A stretch of 64,000 nt of DNA from an uncultured Eubacteriales bacterium (GTDB lineage Bacteria; Bacillota; Clostridia; Christensenellales; UBA1242), in the NCBI GenBank assembly GCA_949077035.1, contig CARUPR010000002.1:91447-155446 (forward strand), written 5' to 3'. A model generated the notes under the pieces. That model worked only from the letters and a program-made list of their open reading frames with translations, had not been told where the DNA came from and did no database searches. This document shows positions 28,601 to 37,800 of this stretch, in pieces (positions within the stretch are counted from its first letter, which is position 1; each line of letters opens with the position of its first letter). A program made the translations under genes and the position numbers.

Positions 28601-30700
28601 GATGTCAATTATAATGATTTTGCAGGTCATTCAAACCTCTATACAGTTATTTATGCAGGAAACTTTGAAGGAAATGGAATGGAGGTTGCAAATATCTCTC
28701 TTGTTTATATGAAAAACCGCACAAATGGTGGTATGTTTTCACAAATTGGTTTTTCTGCAGGAAGAATTGGCGCTGTGAAAAACCTTACAATTTCACCAAA
28801 AGAGGTGGTTTTTAATAATACCAATAATGTAGGAACTTTGGCAGGGGCATTAAAATATGGATATATTTATGATATCACAATTGATGCTTCAAAAAATAAT
28901 CTTACCTCTGTTTCTGGATTAAACTTTGTTGGTGGTGTTATTGGAAAGGCGACCACAGCTTTTGAAGCAAAAGACCTATACAGCGACGCCGATATCTGGT
29001 CTGTTTATACACCTTTCTCTGATATGACTTATATTGAAAATTCTTCAAATGATACCGGCCATTCTTATGCCGGTGGCTTGATTGGTTTTGTTGGAAAAGG
29101 AATAGTTCATAATGCTCATGCTGAGAATATAACAACTATCACAGGCAGCAAGACAGGTCTTGCGTTTGGTGGTATTGGTAATGGCGCAAATGTAGAATAT
29201 GTCTTTGCAAATGTAATTGAAGGTCTTAAATTAAAGGCAAACTTCTATGCGGGATATATTGTAGGTGAACAGGCAGGCAATTTGGGATATGCTTATGTTT
29301 CAGATAATGGTAAAATAGAATCCTCTTTTGTAGGCTCTCCAAAGGCAGCTTTTGCAGTCGGTGGTATTGCTGGCAAATTTGGCGGTGGAAAAATCTATAA
29401 TGTTTTAAATGAACAAAGATTTAGGGTGACAAGTGGTGAAAATCAGGCAACTGTCGAAAACGTAGGCGGATTAGTTGGCTATGTTGATGCTGCGGCAGGT
29501 AGAATTTCTGTGCTTGAAGATAGTGTTTTAAATGCAGATATTACAGCTTCTCTAAATCTAGGTGGTGCTGTAGGAACAGTTAATACTGCTTTAAGAATTG
29601 ATGGTGTTGCTGTTAAGTCACAAACTCTGTCAATATTAGGTATGCAAGAAAATCCAAGAGTTGGCGGTATTGTGGGCTATGTCAAAGATAGCAAATATTC
29701 TGCAATAGAGATTAGAAATAGTTATTGCACATCCAACATCGAAATTGATACCTATACCATGGGTATAAGTTCTGTTGCAAATGTCGGTGGTCTTATTGGG
29801 GTCTCTTCTAAGACACCTGCACTTTCATATTGCTATACAACATCACAAATAAAAGCACAAGTTTATGATGTCAGAGCTTTGGGCTCAAACAAAGAATTTA
29901 ATGAAATACCTTATATTGAAGGAAATAAGGATTTGTATTCATTTAATCATAAAATTGTAGGTAGTCCTGTCAATGATGATAACATAAACTATAACAATGT
30001 TTATTATTGGGGCTCAAACACAGAAGGAACTGATAATCCTTATCAAAATCCAAATACGGAAGATGAATATCCAACTTATAAAATAAATAGACCTTATGTA
30101 AAGTTCTATACAAGGGCAAAAGGTGCAAAGATGGGACTGCAACTTAACAATTATGGTGCATCTTCTCAATATTATATTTCAAGTATTTTAGCTGTGGATA
30201 ATGTGTCTAATAATTCTGTTGATAGACTTAAAAATGTTTTTGGAAATATCTATCAAATTAAAGCTAGATTAGATAAAGTTGTAGGTGCTGCAGATGCCAC
30301 CTATCCAACAGGAATCGATATTGGGACTTATCTTTATTACAATACATTAAGGAATAAATTTACAACAGGTGCTAATGGTGTTAATATTTTAAAAAATGAT
30401 AACACAACCGAGACTTATATTTATACAAAAGATGATAACAATATTTATTCAATGACTATCACTGGCAATCTTATTCAAAACATATTGTTTAAGGGTAGTG
30501 ACGGAGAAAGTTATCGTCATGAAGTAAGAAAGAATGGTAATAATGCCGAAATTGGTTATTTAAGAATAAAAGATAATGTATTTATTTCTGAAAATGATTT
30601 CGATTCAAGGATTACTTTGTATGAAGTTTGGAATACAAATTTTGATAAATTTACTACTTTGTGCATTGAAGACACATTCACATGGGTGAGAAAGTTGTAA
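19667..30700 (+). CDS. Giant (3677 aa) surface lipoprotein with Ig-like (Big_2-type) modules and two blocks of GLUG-type repeats
   Basis: Uninterrupted 11,034-nt ORF. Signal peptide with lipobox-like IFASC. Big_2-like segments near 19.8-20.0 kb and 24.5-24.7 kb. Repeated G-G-[LIV]-[VA]-G-x-N-x-G-x-I motifs (FGGLVGENNGQI, FGGIAGVNTGEI, VGGLAGYNNGFI, LAGVVAQNNGKI, ...) at about 23.1-23.9 kb and 27.2-29.9 kb. Confidence 0.85.
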   Translation: MVKSRKLSILIFSLLLVLASLIFASCGKLDYSKTYLSSSNGDYIELFVEEEKELSITINNPVDKMNRGITFSQSNPLVANVTQIANQNNTTTYSIVGLSGGKTIVDFVSIEGRKSLSITINVKEFSNTLEKGENSLYLSKTKQLKPTSNDFKFKDSATERNLEFYFYGKTSNSGLLTEEDILSSDGYLNNFVNIQIYSIENNDYLIFTDKDGFLHTLGEEILVLGSNNVRYEFIDVSMDEEGFSFDTTRASAINYGNKFAFLAKYENAKLEEGEGNGRIFCESEFHVLKDIVAEDFKHEYGYKIDDVPFKAGDETSLYKLDNLKDGKITLIPQYKTTILDNPILIGKSANYLTAYLQLELPTNELLEFDFNTKDKDFVNTNLIEILKNGDKTIYYFEINCSIGNPRKTKIDFNFWYDGFKNSDDSKVNFTYSIDVDIRIIPMTLLINNIDFAQLNKVYKFYDYYASENSGWQAFNFSVVPEGAEYNVLKLDLTNSNLQIKYKNIVYSDTIVEINDLKEPVYVKGVDNAQLTEAVQNLPVQMEFNIIQQDRLETNIQYEILKGVRALNFETENFKELISLERYSGEKLFDDIYADAEFNGMTFTLESGKDVVKFAYDEANLFNKVGDKYYLNINLMPRDVGSGTYLITLDNGTSTLLTIDVREGLNSLSLTTKNEDNSIKFKEDSENYSLIYLLNRNAQSYFDAKLIANDEINSTAIVDIDIINDSSSIFTRLQEDGRYLIYSSLSGQNNIVFKVKGYKIENFVKREIFFEYIVNLVTYELAENLFVYKLSDAYNDSYPMQTNAKYVNVYAGTNNLDIRQAKFEVRLKNQNALLFQSQNHDESRRGFVAEKFKQEFLYFESDTPITKDGVPVDRIFYSQYQSNIYTIGRLGTFDAERLIFTSLGSGEVKLIAHVMQFNKLYSETININILPYEEVQKVSLQDTVDELEFSAFKKERSVIAFPTNSTATNSELVALVEGGQIIRNEQVFKVLDKNSINYIESDGKTHITFKVNEDFLKAVVLADDKTYEEEVIAGNIRIVAKDWLDSNGDLRPGYIEYASIRFEFAKGTEKSRYTIENADDLNMVRNNLSSHFKINTTIDASNLSLPLGELSGSIIGTSSYAEITGLNISQAWNNEAEGLAYYGLFTSIAKGGYLEYIQFSGKFSVKTDSNSFIGLVAGKNNGRLTNIGASISTSNISIAENFNAYFGGLVGENNGQIIQDFTKFESGKAYAGFTPNIVMMNDFVNIKYALSNNFERSFGGIAGVNTGEIRKIDSENVSFSGYSNYMAFARIKASYEGTIAVGHNYLVNIGGLVGRNQQGQYSQLDKNTQQDVKYDARIVGGYINSEDDFIPYLNNDNFKDGKGIIVGGEVWGDGFVGGVVGNNDESSLNNFCGITTRTFVRCYKQFGENSQLTLLAFMSANKGDSGSAMSDTENTAYAIQAVDDGKVLEESAMGILYSSEKPQNSQLSLSNIGFGTKNGNEISVLSDINDENNEANVLSYLQRNLLTNSNPDSDFIVSSSNRANYYGDFLVVGENNNHQKIILYSKTFAEGNLDDLSITQKFNNALLSKNNNTQIFYTYYFNVASAAGEDIANLQSQLDLELNKHTSQSNFYPFIAKGEMNFVSKSPDILTIDQMGKITIKNTGRALITASSILNSNEALNFYIYVVNYFNSQSEMNDEEKVSVVYPTISSLDAVNQTTIELRGNNSATLYIIPNYQADIKIDQKTSFVSDQRGFASFRNVRFYLAQNSDLTARVRVFKDNGLTPANEVTNDDFYDEENNPLDISVVGQIITIRRKDRTEENQYRLYIEPILTQTIDGEIYTISTNKTIDEAFVDYKYGALSLSNKNYNEVPIRTSKMVADEITLISTDENETAEDLLYYIIGLKNQHLQGNVNPEKIDYQLSGDERLFFVVFNKISKEPLGNGTFKHKFSLEITINTNCQLYKNRYNEDIYGTYLLHIQSSSNSAVSRDIEINFEKTGVQSVVIDNYTSLKDNQSGLSTSSDLAYPGEAGLLILTIRPSDSDFDYLIIENDESNLTNNRAIATFSLVARVEGIDGNLFDESIIIGSTVGNGYKITLQEILDAYSRTGNNLKYKNYDGVIYIKYNLSSSGVDDLSKTIINVSTWKDGAVSYKSSKELTVKLQNYAAVEIDGKEPISINQNGIYHTYEVARGLKYKLNINSYGFRQDSISITSNNSIGKITYENGNYYLTISEGTIDYTDGNNQIILTTRASQGDGDGVRTAESQTKVIVFEYVFNYNNESDKNSDIVKGMGDGIINVQVGSKITLGLDIYDYIEYNSSISGVRNKIEEFISTLERKGEWKTITNLISDDQPDYKMADSSNEDRKRYILGVDSNNEVLKHSNYYFNSDGLSLIPKRTHYPVEKFYFFEYKVRYDSSNGVYVVKDGNDSDSARDLQTTFIFSVYSSSSEESPVPIYTYSDLTNMQAGGYYILLNDITLPSVADEEGGVKAFTPLKGDFASFDGNGHAINFAGIYDMGNATEIGLFQSLNNGSIIKNLIVNYTTLNDGSDLNTDANDSVYAWYGLKTVKFITTADNFVFGSIVAQNMGTITNCRVYSDVLSDEKYYLAIKADNAINNNSYVGGLAGYNNGFITNCGVSINAKVPFNLAGVVAQNNGKIAGCYFENGNLINNSQYDQHIAGLAILNSADAKIITSYVSGKQTNTNLFSKDNQSQISSTLAGAGFIYNNAGLIKDCYSDIDLSKTSSDMAGFAYRNGGSIRNSFSLSILRSNTTASAGFVKENSFEGNEGQFENCYYLYNLMAPASSNSSNSAEIEAERERLRKEGHYVDGENNININVSLYDVSFDGVKRLTQGQFADAETYFKHYSYDENMSTRSVWFFSRGYTSNEFIDYIPTTEKIILPGDEGNNQSNTVYREELMTFGRNRLTLVAPNVRVLSVRNFDRSEVDEETENITYFYTDDMNAPERGSIHNPRLIYNAQTMENEILNQTSLNHINTTNYRMISDVNYNDFAGHSNLYTVIYAGNFEGNGMEVANISLVYMKNRTNGGMFSQIGFSAGRIGAVKNLTISPKEVVFNNTNNVGTLAGALKYGYIYDITIDASKNNLTSVSGLNFVGGVIGKATTAFEAKDLYSDADIWSVYTPFSDMTYIENSSNDTGHSYAGGLIGFVGKGIVHNAHAENITTITGSKTGLAFGGIGNGANVEYVFANVIEGLKLKANFYAGYIVGEQAGNLGYAYVSDNGKIESSFVGSPKAAFAVGGIAGKFGGGKIYNVLNEQRFRVTSGENQATVENVGGLVGYVDAAAGRISVLEDSVLNADITASLNLGGAVGTVNTALRIDGVAVKSQTLSILGMQENPRVGGIVGYVKDSKYSAIEIRNSYCTSNIEIDTYTMGISSVANVGGLIGVSSKTPALSYCYTTSQIKAQVYDVRALGSNKEFNEIPYIEGNKDLYSFNHKIVGSPVNDDNINYNNVYYWGSNTEGTDNPYQNPNTEDEYPTYKINRPYVKFYTRAKGAKMGLQLNNYGASSQYYISSILAVDNVSNNSVDRLKNVFGNIYQIKARLDKVVGAADATYPTGIDIGTYLYYNTLRNKFTTGANGVNILKNDNTTETYIYTKDDNNIYSMTITGNLIQNILFKGSDGESYRHEVRKNGNNAEIGYLRIKDNVFISENDFDSRITLYEVWNTNFDKFTTLCIEDTFTWVRKL

Positions 30701-30737
30701 AAAAAGAGTGCTAGGAATTTCCTAGTGCTTTTTTTTG
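30699..30737 (+). terminator. Intrinsic terminator of the giant gene
   Basis: AGTGCTAGG pairs with CCTAGTGCT (some G-U pairs), followed by T8. Starts at the stop codon. Confidence 0.75.
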
Positions 30738-30740
30738 TTT

Positions 30741-30850
30741 TTAATAAGAAGCAAAAGTTTTATTCAGCAATACAAAAACCAAGATAAAGAGTGAGTTTTT
30801 TGGAAATAAAGAAAGAGGCAGATAAAGAAAGGTGTTTTATTTTTATTATA
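30741..30850 (+). repeat. Terminator-adjacent dispersed repeat, degenerate units
   Basis: ..ACCAAGATAAAGAGTGAGTTTTTTGG.. and ..AGAGGCAGATAAAGAAAGGTGTTTTATTTTT.. resemble the CAAGATAGGCA..GAGTGCTTTTTT family. Confidence 0.45.
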
Positions 30851-30975
30851 AAATATTTAAGATATAAAATTTATCAAAAACTTATTGTGAAAATATAAAT
30901 TCGACAAAATATTGCATTTTAAATAATTTAATTTCAAAAAAAATGTATAATCTTTAAAAAATTGTAAAAAAATTA

Positions 30976-31005
30976 TTGACATATATTAAAAAAGTTTGAT
31001 ATAAT
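30976..31005 (+). promoter_or_regulatory. rpoB promoter (extended -10)
   Basis: TTGACA 30976-30981, 18-nt spacer ending in TGa, TATAAT 31000-31005, about 125 nt upstream of the rpoB ATG. Confidence 0.6.
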
Positions 31006-31061
31006 AATACATATTCGTGACAGTGAAGCAAAAAATGAGTAAATAATTGAATAGGTTATGG

Positions 31062-31099
31062 GCTATTATGGACTTTTTCGTGCCATAAAGGCTTTTTTT
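31062..31099 (+). terminator. Terminator-like hairpin in the rpoB leader (possible attenuator)
   Basis: GCTATTATGG (31062-31071) pairs with CCATAAAGGC (31083-31092) at 8 of 10 positions, followed by T7 (31093-31099). It lies between the promoter and the rpoB SD. Confidence 0.4.
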
Positions 31100-31131
31100 G
31101 TGTATATAAGTCACTTAGTAAGGAGAGATAA

Positions 31132-34100
31132 ATGTCTGTCAATGTAAGAAAAGTTAAACAAGGCAAAGTAGAAAGAATGACCTTTGGTCAATGTGAAGAG
31201 CTTATCAAAGTTCCACCACTTCTTGAAATTCAAAAAAAATCGTATAAAGACTTTTTAATGAAGGGCATCAAGAAAACTCTTGATGAATTTTTCCCTGTCA
31301 CCGATTATTCTGGCAAGGCAAAATTGTATATAACCGAAATTTTACCTTTTCAAGAACCAAATTATGACATCAAAGAATGTAAAAGAAGGGGTGCAACTTA
31401 TTCATCACCTTTAAAAGTTAAGGCACGTTTTGTTGTTGAAGAAACTGGACAAGCTGTTGAGCAAGAAGTTTTTATGGGCGATGTGCCAATGATGACCGAA
31501 CAGGGTTCTTTCATCTTCAATGGTATTGAAAGGGTTGTTATCAACCAAATTGTCCGTGCTCCAAGTGTTTATCTTACAAGAGAAAAAGAAAATAATGCAA
31601 CTTTAAAAGCACAGATGATTCCTGTCCACGGAACTTGGATTGAAATTAAACAGGGTGCAAATGAAAACCTTAAGATTGTTTTAGAGCGTAAAAATGTAAT
31701 CAGTCTTGGTGTATTTTTGAAATGTTTTGGTTTCTCAAATGAAGAAATTATCAAACTTTTTGGCGACAACCGCTATATCAAGTATGTAATTGATAAAGAA
31801 ACTCAAACAACTCAAGATGAATGTTTGCTTGAATTCTCAAGAAAAACAAGACCAACAGACGTTCCTTCAGTTGAAAGCACTAGAAGTTTCTTAAATGCTT
31901 CTTTCTTTACCGATGCTTATTACAACCTTTCAAAAGTTGGTAGATATAAAGTAAACAAAAAACTTGCTTTAAGAGAACGTTTACCAGGTCTTATCAATGC
32001 TGATAATATCGTTTCAGAAGGCGAAATTCTTGTTAAAGCTGGTGAAGAATTTACCGCTCAATCTGCTGACCTTGTTCAAAATGCTGGTATTAATGAAGTT
32101 TGGATTCAATTTAATGGCAAACGTCATCTTATTAGAGGAAACAATCGTGTTACTCTTTCTAAAGTGCTTGATTGCAATCAAGAAGAACTTGGAATTTTTG
32201 AAGATGTATATTATCCAGTGCTTAAACAAATTTTAAGTGAAGCAGCATCTAAAGAAGAAGCTTTGAAGACAATTAAGGAAAATGTGAAAGAGCTTATCAT
32301 CACAACACTTACTATGGATGATATTCTTGCCACAGTTTCTGCATATCTTGATGTTTTGGAAGGTTTTGCTGGTATTGATAAGATTGAGCACCTTTCAAAC
32401 AAACGTGTTGCTACTGTTGGAGAACTTACTTGCAACGCATTCAGAACTGGTGTGACAAAGCTTTCTGTAAATGTAAAGGAAGTTTTGCAAGGAAGAGAAT
32501 TTGTTGAAGTTACACCTTCTCAAATTATGAATCCTAAAGCTGTAAATAAGGCACTTCGTGATTTCTTCTCTCAATCACAATTGTCACAAATTATGGACCA
32601 AAAGAATCCACTTTCAGGTATCACTCAAAAACGTCGTGTATCTGCTATTGGACCTGGAGGTATTAAAAAGGAGAGAGCTGACCCTGAAATTCGTGATATT
32701 CACTATACACATTATGGAAGAATTTGTCCTATTGAAACTCCTGAAGGACAATCAATCGGTCTTTTAAACACTCTTGCAAGTTATGTTAGGGTAAATGACT
32801 ATGGCTTCTTGGAAACTCCTTATAGGGTTGTTGACAAGGAAAGAGGGGTTGTTACAAATGATGTTGTTTATAAAATGGCTGATGTTGAAAATGAAAGTTA
32901 TATCGCTCAGGCTATCGAGCCTTTGGATGCTGAAGGACATTTCATAAATTCACATATTATTTGCCGTCATGGTTCAACTAATATCGATGTGCCAGCAAGC
33001 AAAGTTGATTATATGGATGTTTCACCAAAACAACTTGTTTCTGTTGCTACAAGTTTGATTCCTTTTGTAGGCAGTGATGAAGCTAACCGTGCACTTATGG
33101 GTGCAAACATGCAACGTCAGGCTGTGCCTGTAATTAAACCTGAAGCACCTATTGTAGGAACTGGTATGGAAGCAGTTGCTGCCCATGATAGCGGTTGCGT
33201 AATTCTTGCAAAACGTGCAGGTAAGGTGACCTATGTTTCAGCTGATGAAATTAGAGTTCTTACCGAAAAGGGTGATGAAGATATCTATTCTCTTACCAAA
33301 TTTGCAAAAGCAAACGATGATGTTTGCTTCAATCAAAGACCTTGCGTTGTAAAAGGTGAAATGGTAAGTGAAGGCGATGTTTTGACAGACGGTTATTCTA
33401 CTGATAGAGGAGAACTTGCCGTTGGTAAGAATGTTCTTATCGGTTATATGAACTGGGAAGGTCAAAACTTTGAAGACGCGATTTTAATCAATGAAAGACT
33501 TGTAAAAGAAGATGTTTATACATCAATTACACTTTATGACCATGAAATTAAGTGCAGAACTACCAAACTTGGTGACGAAGCAATCACTCGTGATATTCCA
33601 AACCTTGGTGAAGATGCTCTGAAAGACCTTGATGAAAATGGTATTATAAGAATTGGTGCAGAAGTGCATCCAAATGATATCTTGGTTGGTAAGGTTACAC
33701 CTAAGGGTGAAACTGACCTTACTCCTGAAGAAAGACTTCTTCGTGCCATCTTTGGTGACAAAGCCAGAGATGTCAGAGATACCTCTCTTAGAGTTCAACA
33801 TGGTAAGGGTGGTGTTGTTGTCGATGTTCAAGTATTCTCTAAGAAAAACAAAGATGACCTTGAGCCTGGCGTAAACATGATGGTTCGTGTTACTGTTGCT
33901 CAAAAGCGTAAAATTTCTGTTGGTGATAAAATGTCTGGTCGTCACGGAAACAAGGGTGTTGTTTCTATCGTATTACCAGAAGCTGATATGCCATATATGG
34001 CAAATGGTCAACCAATTGACATTGTGCTAAGCCCTCTTGGTATTCCATCTCGTATGAATATCGGTCAGGTTATGGAAGTGCATCTTGGTCTTGTTGCAAA

Positions 34101-34836
34101 AACTCTTGGTTGGAAGGTTGCAACTCCTGCCTTTGATGGTGCAACAATGCAAGATATAAAAGAACTTTTGGTTGAAAATAATTTCCGTGAAGATGGAAAA
34201 ATTCAATTATATGATGGTAGAACTGGTGAACCTTTTGATAACCTTTCTACTGTTGGTGTAAAATATATGCTTAAACTTGAACACATGGTAGACTCAAAAA
34301 TACATGCTCGTTCAATTGGACCATATGCTCTTATTACTCAACAACCTCTTGGAGGAAAATCATTGTTTGGTGGTCAGAGATTTGGTGAAATGGAAGTTTG
34401 GGCTCTTGAAGCTTATGGTGCAAGCCATATCTTACAAGAAATGCTTACTGTAAAATCGGATGACCTAAATGGACGTCTTAGAACTTATGAATCTATTATT
34501 AAAGGTCTTCCTATAGCAGAACCTGGTATTCCTGAATCATTTAAAGTTCTTGTAAAAGAATTGCAGGCATTAGGACTTGATGTCAAGATTTTGGCTGAGG
34601 GTGAAAAGGAAATTTTACTTTCAGAACTTAGTCAAGATGAACAGGACCAACCAAATAATGCAATGGCTCAAGATACAGAAAAAGACCTTGCAGAAAGTAT
34701 ATTTGACTTTGATGAACATATAAGTAGCATTTCAGATGAACAGTCAGAAGAAGTCAAGGAAGTCTATGAAGAAACTACTAAAAACGAACTCGATAATCTT
34801 GATTTGTTTGATGATTTCGGTGACTTTGATGATTAA
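31132..34836 (+). CDS. rpoB: DNA-directed RNA polymerase subunit beta
   Basis: Full-length match to bacterial RpoB motifs (e.g. [34 protein letters not shown]). AAGGAGAG SD. Acidic C-terminal tail. Confidence 0.98.
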   Translation: MSVNVRKVKQGKVERMTFGQCEELIKVPPLLEIQKKSYKDFLMKGIKKTLDEFFPVTDYSGKAKLYITEILPFQEPNYDIKECKRRGATYSSPLKVKARFVVEETGQAVEQEVFMGDVPMMTEQGSFIFNGIERVVINQIVRAPSVYLTREKENNATLKAQMIPVHGTWIEIKQGANENLKIVLERKNVISLGVFLKCFGFSNEEIIKLFGDNRYIKYVIDKETQTTQDECLLEFSRKTRPTDVPSVESTRSFLNASFFTDAYYNLSKVGRYKVNKKLALRERLPGLINADNIVSEGEILVKAGEEFTAQSADLVQNAGINEVWIQFNGKRHLIRGNNRVTLSKVLDCNQEELGIFEDVYYPVLKQILSEAASKEEALKTIKENVKELIITTLTMDDILATVSAYLDVLEGFAGIDKIEHLSNKRVATVGELTCNAFRTGVTKLSVNVKEVLQGREFVEVTPSQIMNPKAVNKALRDFFSQSQLSQIMDQKNPLSGITQKRRVSAIGPGGIKKERADPEIRDIHYTHYGRICPIETPEGQSIGLLNTLASYVRVNDYGFLETPYRVVDKERGVVTNDVVYKMADVENESYIAQAIEPLDAEGHFINSHIICRHGSTNIDVPASKVDYMDVSPKQLVSVATSLIPFVGSDEANRALMGANMQRQAVPVIKPEAPIVGTGMEAVAAHDSGCVILAKRAGKVTYVSADEIRVLTEKGDEDIYSLTKFAKANDDVCFNQRPCVVKGEMVSEGDVLTDGYSTDRGELAVGKNVLIGYMNWEGQNFEDAILINERLVKEDVYTSITLYDHEIKCRTTKLGDEAITRDIPNLGEDALKDLDENGIIRIGAEVHPNDILVGKVTPKGETDLTPEERLLRAIFGDKARDVRDTSLRVQHGKGGVVVDVQVFSKKNKDDLEPGVNMMVRVTVAQKRKISVGDKMSGRHGNKGVVSIVLPEADMPYMANGQPIDIVLSPLGIPSRMNIGQVMEVHLGLVAKTLGWKVATPAFDGATMQDIKELLVENNFREDGKIQLYDGRTGEPFDNLSTVGVKYMLKLEHMVDSKIHARSIGPYALITQQPLGGKSLFGGQRFGEMEVWALEAYGASHILQEMLTVKSDDLNGRLRTYESIIKGLPIAEPGIPESFKVLVKELQALGLDVKILAEGEKEILLSELSQDEQDQPNNAMAQDTEKDLAESIFDFDEHISSISDEQSEEVKEVYEETTKNELDNLDLFDDFGDFDD

Positions 34837-34853
34837 TAAAAAGGGGATTTGAT

Positions 34854-37800
34854 ATGTTTGAATTAAATAATTTTGATTCTATTAAAATAGGAATTGCCTC
34901 ACCAGAGAAGATTAGAGAATGGTCTCATGGTGAGGTCACCAAACCTGAAACTATCAATTACAGAACTCAAAAGCCTGAAAGAGATGGTCTTTTTTGCGAA
35001 AAGATTTTTGGACCTAGAAAGGACTGGGAATGTCAATGCGGAAGATACAAAAGAGTTCGATACAAAGGCGTTGTATGTGACAAGTGTGGTGTTGAAGTTA
35101 CCAGAGCTAAAGTAAGACGTGAGAGAATGGGACACATAGAGCTTGCTGCCCCATGTACTCATATCTGGTATTTCAGAAATGTTCCATCAAAGATTGGCAC
35201 TCTTTTGGAAATGACTCCAAAGGTGCTTGAACAGGTTGTTTATTATGTATGTTATGTTGTCCTTGACCCAAAACGCACAGAACTTGCCTATAAACAAGTT
35301 ATCACTGATAAAGAATATCATGAAGCTTGTGAAAAGTATGGTTATGATGCTTTTGAAGTGGGAATGGGTGCATCTGCAATTAAGAGATTGCTTTCAGAAG
35401 TAGACCTTGAAAAAGAGGCTAAAGTTCTTAAAGAGGCTCTTGTAAACATGAAAGGTCAAAGAAGGATAAAGGCTATCAAGAAACTTGATGTTGTTGAATC
35501 TTTTATTAAAAGTGGCAACAATCCTACTTGGATGGTTCTTGATGTTATCCCTGTTCTTCCACCTGACCTTAGACCTATGGTTCCTATCGATGGTGGTAGA
35601 TATGCAACAAGTGACTTAAACGACCTTTATAGACGTGTTATAAACAGAAACAATCGTCTTAAAAAGCTTATGGAACTTGGTGCTCCTGATGTAATTGTAA
35701 GAAATGAAAAGAGAATGCTTCAAGAAGCAGTCGACAATCTTATCGATAATGGTAAGAGAGGAAAGGCTGTTCAAAGCTCAAAACAACGTGACCTTAAATC
35801 ACTTACAGCAATGCTTGGTGGAAAGCAAGGTCGCTTTAGACTTAACCTTTTGGGTAAACGTGTTGACTATTCAGGTCGTTCAGTTATCGTTGTTGGACCA
35901 GAACTTAAGATGTATCAATGCGGTGTGCCAAAAGAAATGGCGCTAGAACTTTTTAAGCCTTTCATTATGAACAGACTTGTAGACCTTAATAAATCTCATA
36001 ATATAAAGTCTGCCAAGAGAATGATTGAAAAAGAAAAGGCGGTTGTTTGGGATATACTTGCAGAGGTTATTAAAGACCATCCAGTATTCTTAAACCGTGC
36101 TCCAACACTTCACAGACTTTCTGTTCAGGCATTTGAACCTGTCCTTGTTGAAGGAAGGGCGATTAAGCTTCACCCATCAGTGTGTGCTGCCTTCAACGCC
36201 GACTTCGATGGTGACCAGATGTCAATTCACGTTCCACTTTCTCTAGATGCAAGAACTGAGGCAAGAACTCTTATGCTTGCTTCAAACAACATCTTAAAAC
36301 CTTCTGATGGTGACCCAATTGTTACTCCATCTCAAGATATTATTTTGGGTTGTGCATATATGACAATTCAAAAGGATGGCGTTTTAGGTGAGGGCGGAAT
36401 ATTCGCTTCAAAAGATGAAGCAATTATCGCTTATCAAACACAAAAACTTCATCTTCAAGCTAAAATTAAAGTTAGACTTGAAAAGGAAGTTGATGGCAAA
36501 AAATATTCAAAACTTATTGAAACAACAGTTGGAAGAATTTTGTTTAATGACCAAATACCTCAAGACTTGGGTTATGTAGATAGAACTAATCCTGAAAACT
36601 ATTGTGAGCTTGAACTTAATCGTGCAATCGTGAAGAAAGATTTGGGCAATATTTTGGCTAAAGCTTATGATATTCATGGCACAAGCGAGTGTGCTAAACT
36701 TGTTGATAGAATAAAAGCAACAGGTTATAAGTATGCTACATTAGGTGCTCTTACTGTTAATGCTTTTGATATTTCAGAGCCAAAAGAAAAATATGATATT
36801 ATCTCAGAAACTGAAGATAAAATCAGAGAAAATGAAAAACTCTTCAGAAGAGGTTTGATTACAAACGAAGAAAAAATAAAAATCAATAATGAATATTGGG
36901 CTGATACAAAATCTAAAGTGGTTGAGGCTGTTGTTGCAAGTATGGCAGACGATAATCCATTTAAAATCATGTATGTTTCAGGTGCCCGTGGTGATACAAA
37001 CCAGATTAACTCTCTTTGTGGTATGATTGGTTTGAAAACAACTGCTTCAGGCGAAATGGTTGGACCTATTAAATCATCATTTGTTAAGGGTCTTACTCCA
37101 ATCGAATACTTTATTACTGCTCGTGGTATTAGAAAATCTCTTTCAGATACCGCTCTTAAAACAGCCGATTCAGGTTATTTGACACGTCGTCTTGTTGATA
37201 TCTCTCAAGATGTTGTTGTGACTACTGAAGACTGCTTTGCTGATTTAGATGAAAAGGTTAAAGGTGTTTGGGTGAGCGACCTCGTTGTTGATGGTGCCGT
37301 TCAAGAAACCTTAGCTGAAAGAATTTATGGCAGAGTAAGTGTTGAAGATATCATAGACCCAAAAACACAAGAACTTATCGTTCCTGCAAATACTATGATA
37401 ACAACAGAACAAGCTAGCAAGATTACCAAAGCTGGCATCACCAAAGTTCAAATCAGGTCACTCTTTACCTGCCGTTGCAAACATGGCGTTTGTGCAAAAT
37501 GTTATGGCAGAGATTTAAGTAATAAGAGTATGGTAAACATTGGTGAAGCTGTCGGCATTGTTGCTGCACAATCTATTGGTGAACCTGGAACTCAGCTTAC
37601 CATGAGAACTTTCCACTCTGGTGGTGTTGCTTCCGCTCTTGATATTACACAAGGTCTTCCTCGTGTTGAAGAAATCTTTGAAGCAAGAAAACCAAAGGGT
37701 GAAGCTCTTATTTCTGAAGTTGCCGGAAAAATCACAATCAAACAAGATGCAAAATATTATTATTTCACAGTTACTTCACGTGAAGGTGAAATTGAATATG

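Noticed and set aside
33523-33945. Antisense or overlapping ORFs inside rpoB/rpoC and other long genes (e.g. 33523-33945, 37964-38290, 24737-25105, 52801-53184, 53004-53357, 14347-14649, 49812-50096)
   Set aside because: They lie entirely within well-supported genes on the opposite strand or in another frame. Their sequences are low-complexity or odd in composition. They lack SD or promoter signals and match no recognisable family. These are typical shadow ORFs of AT-rich DNA.
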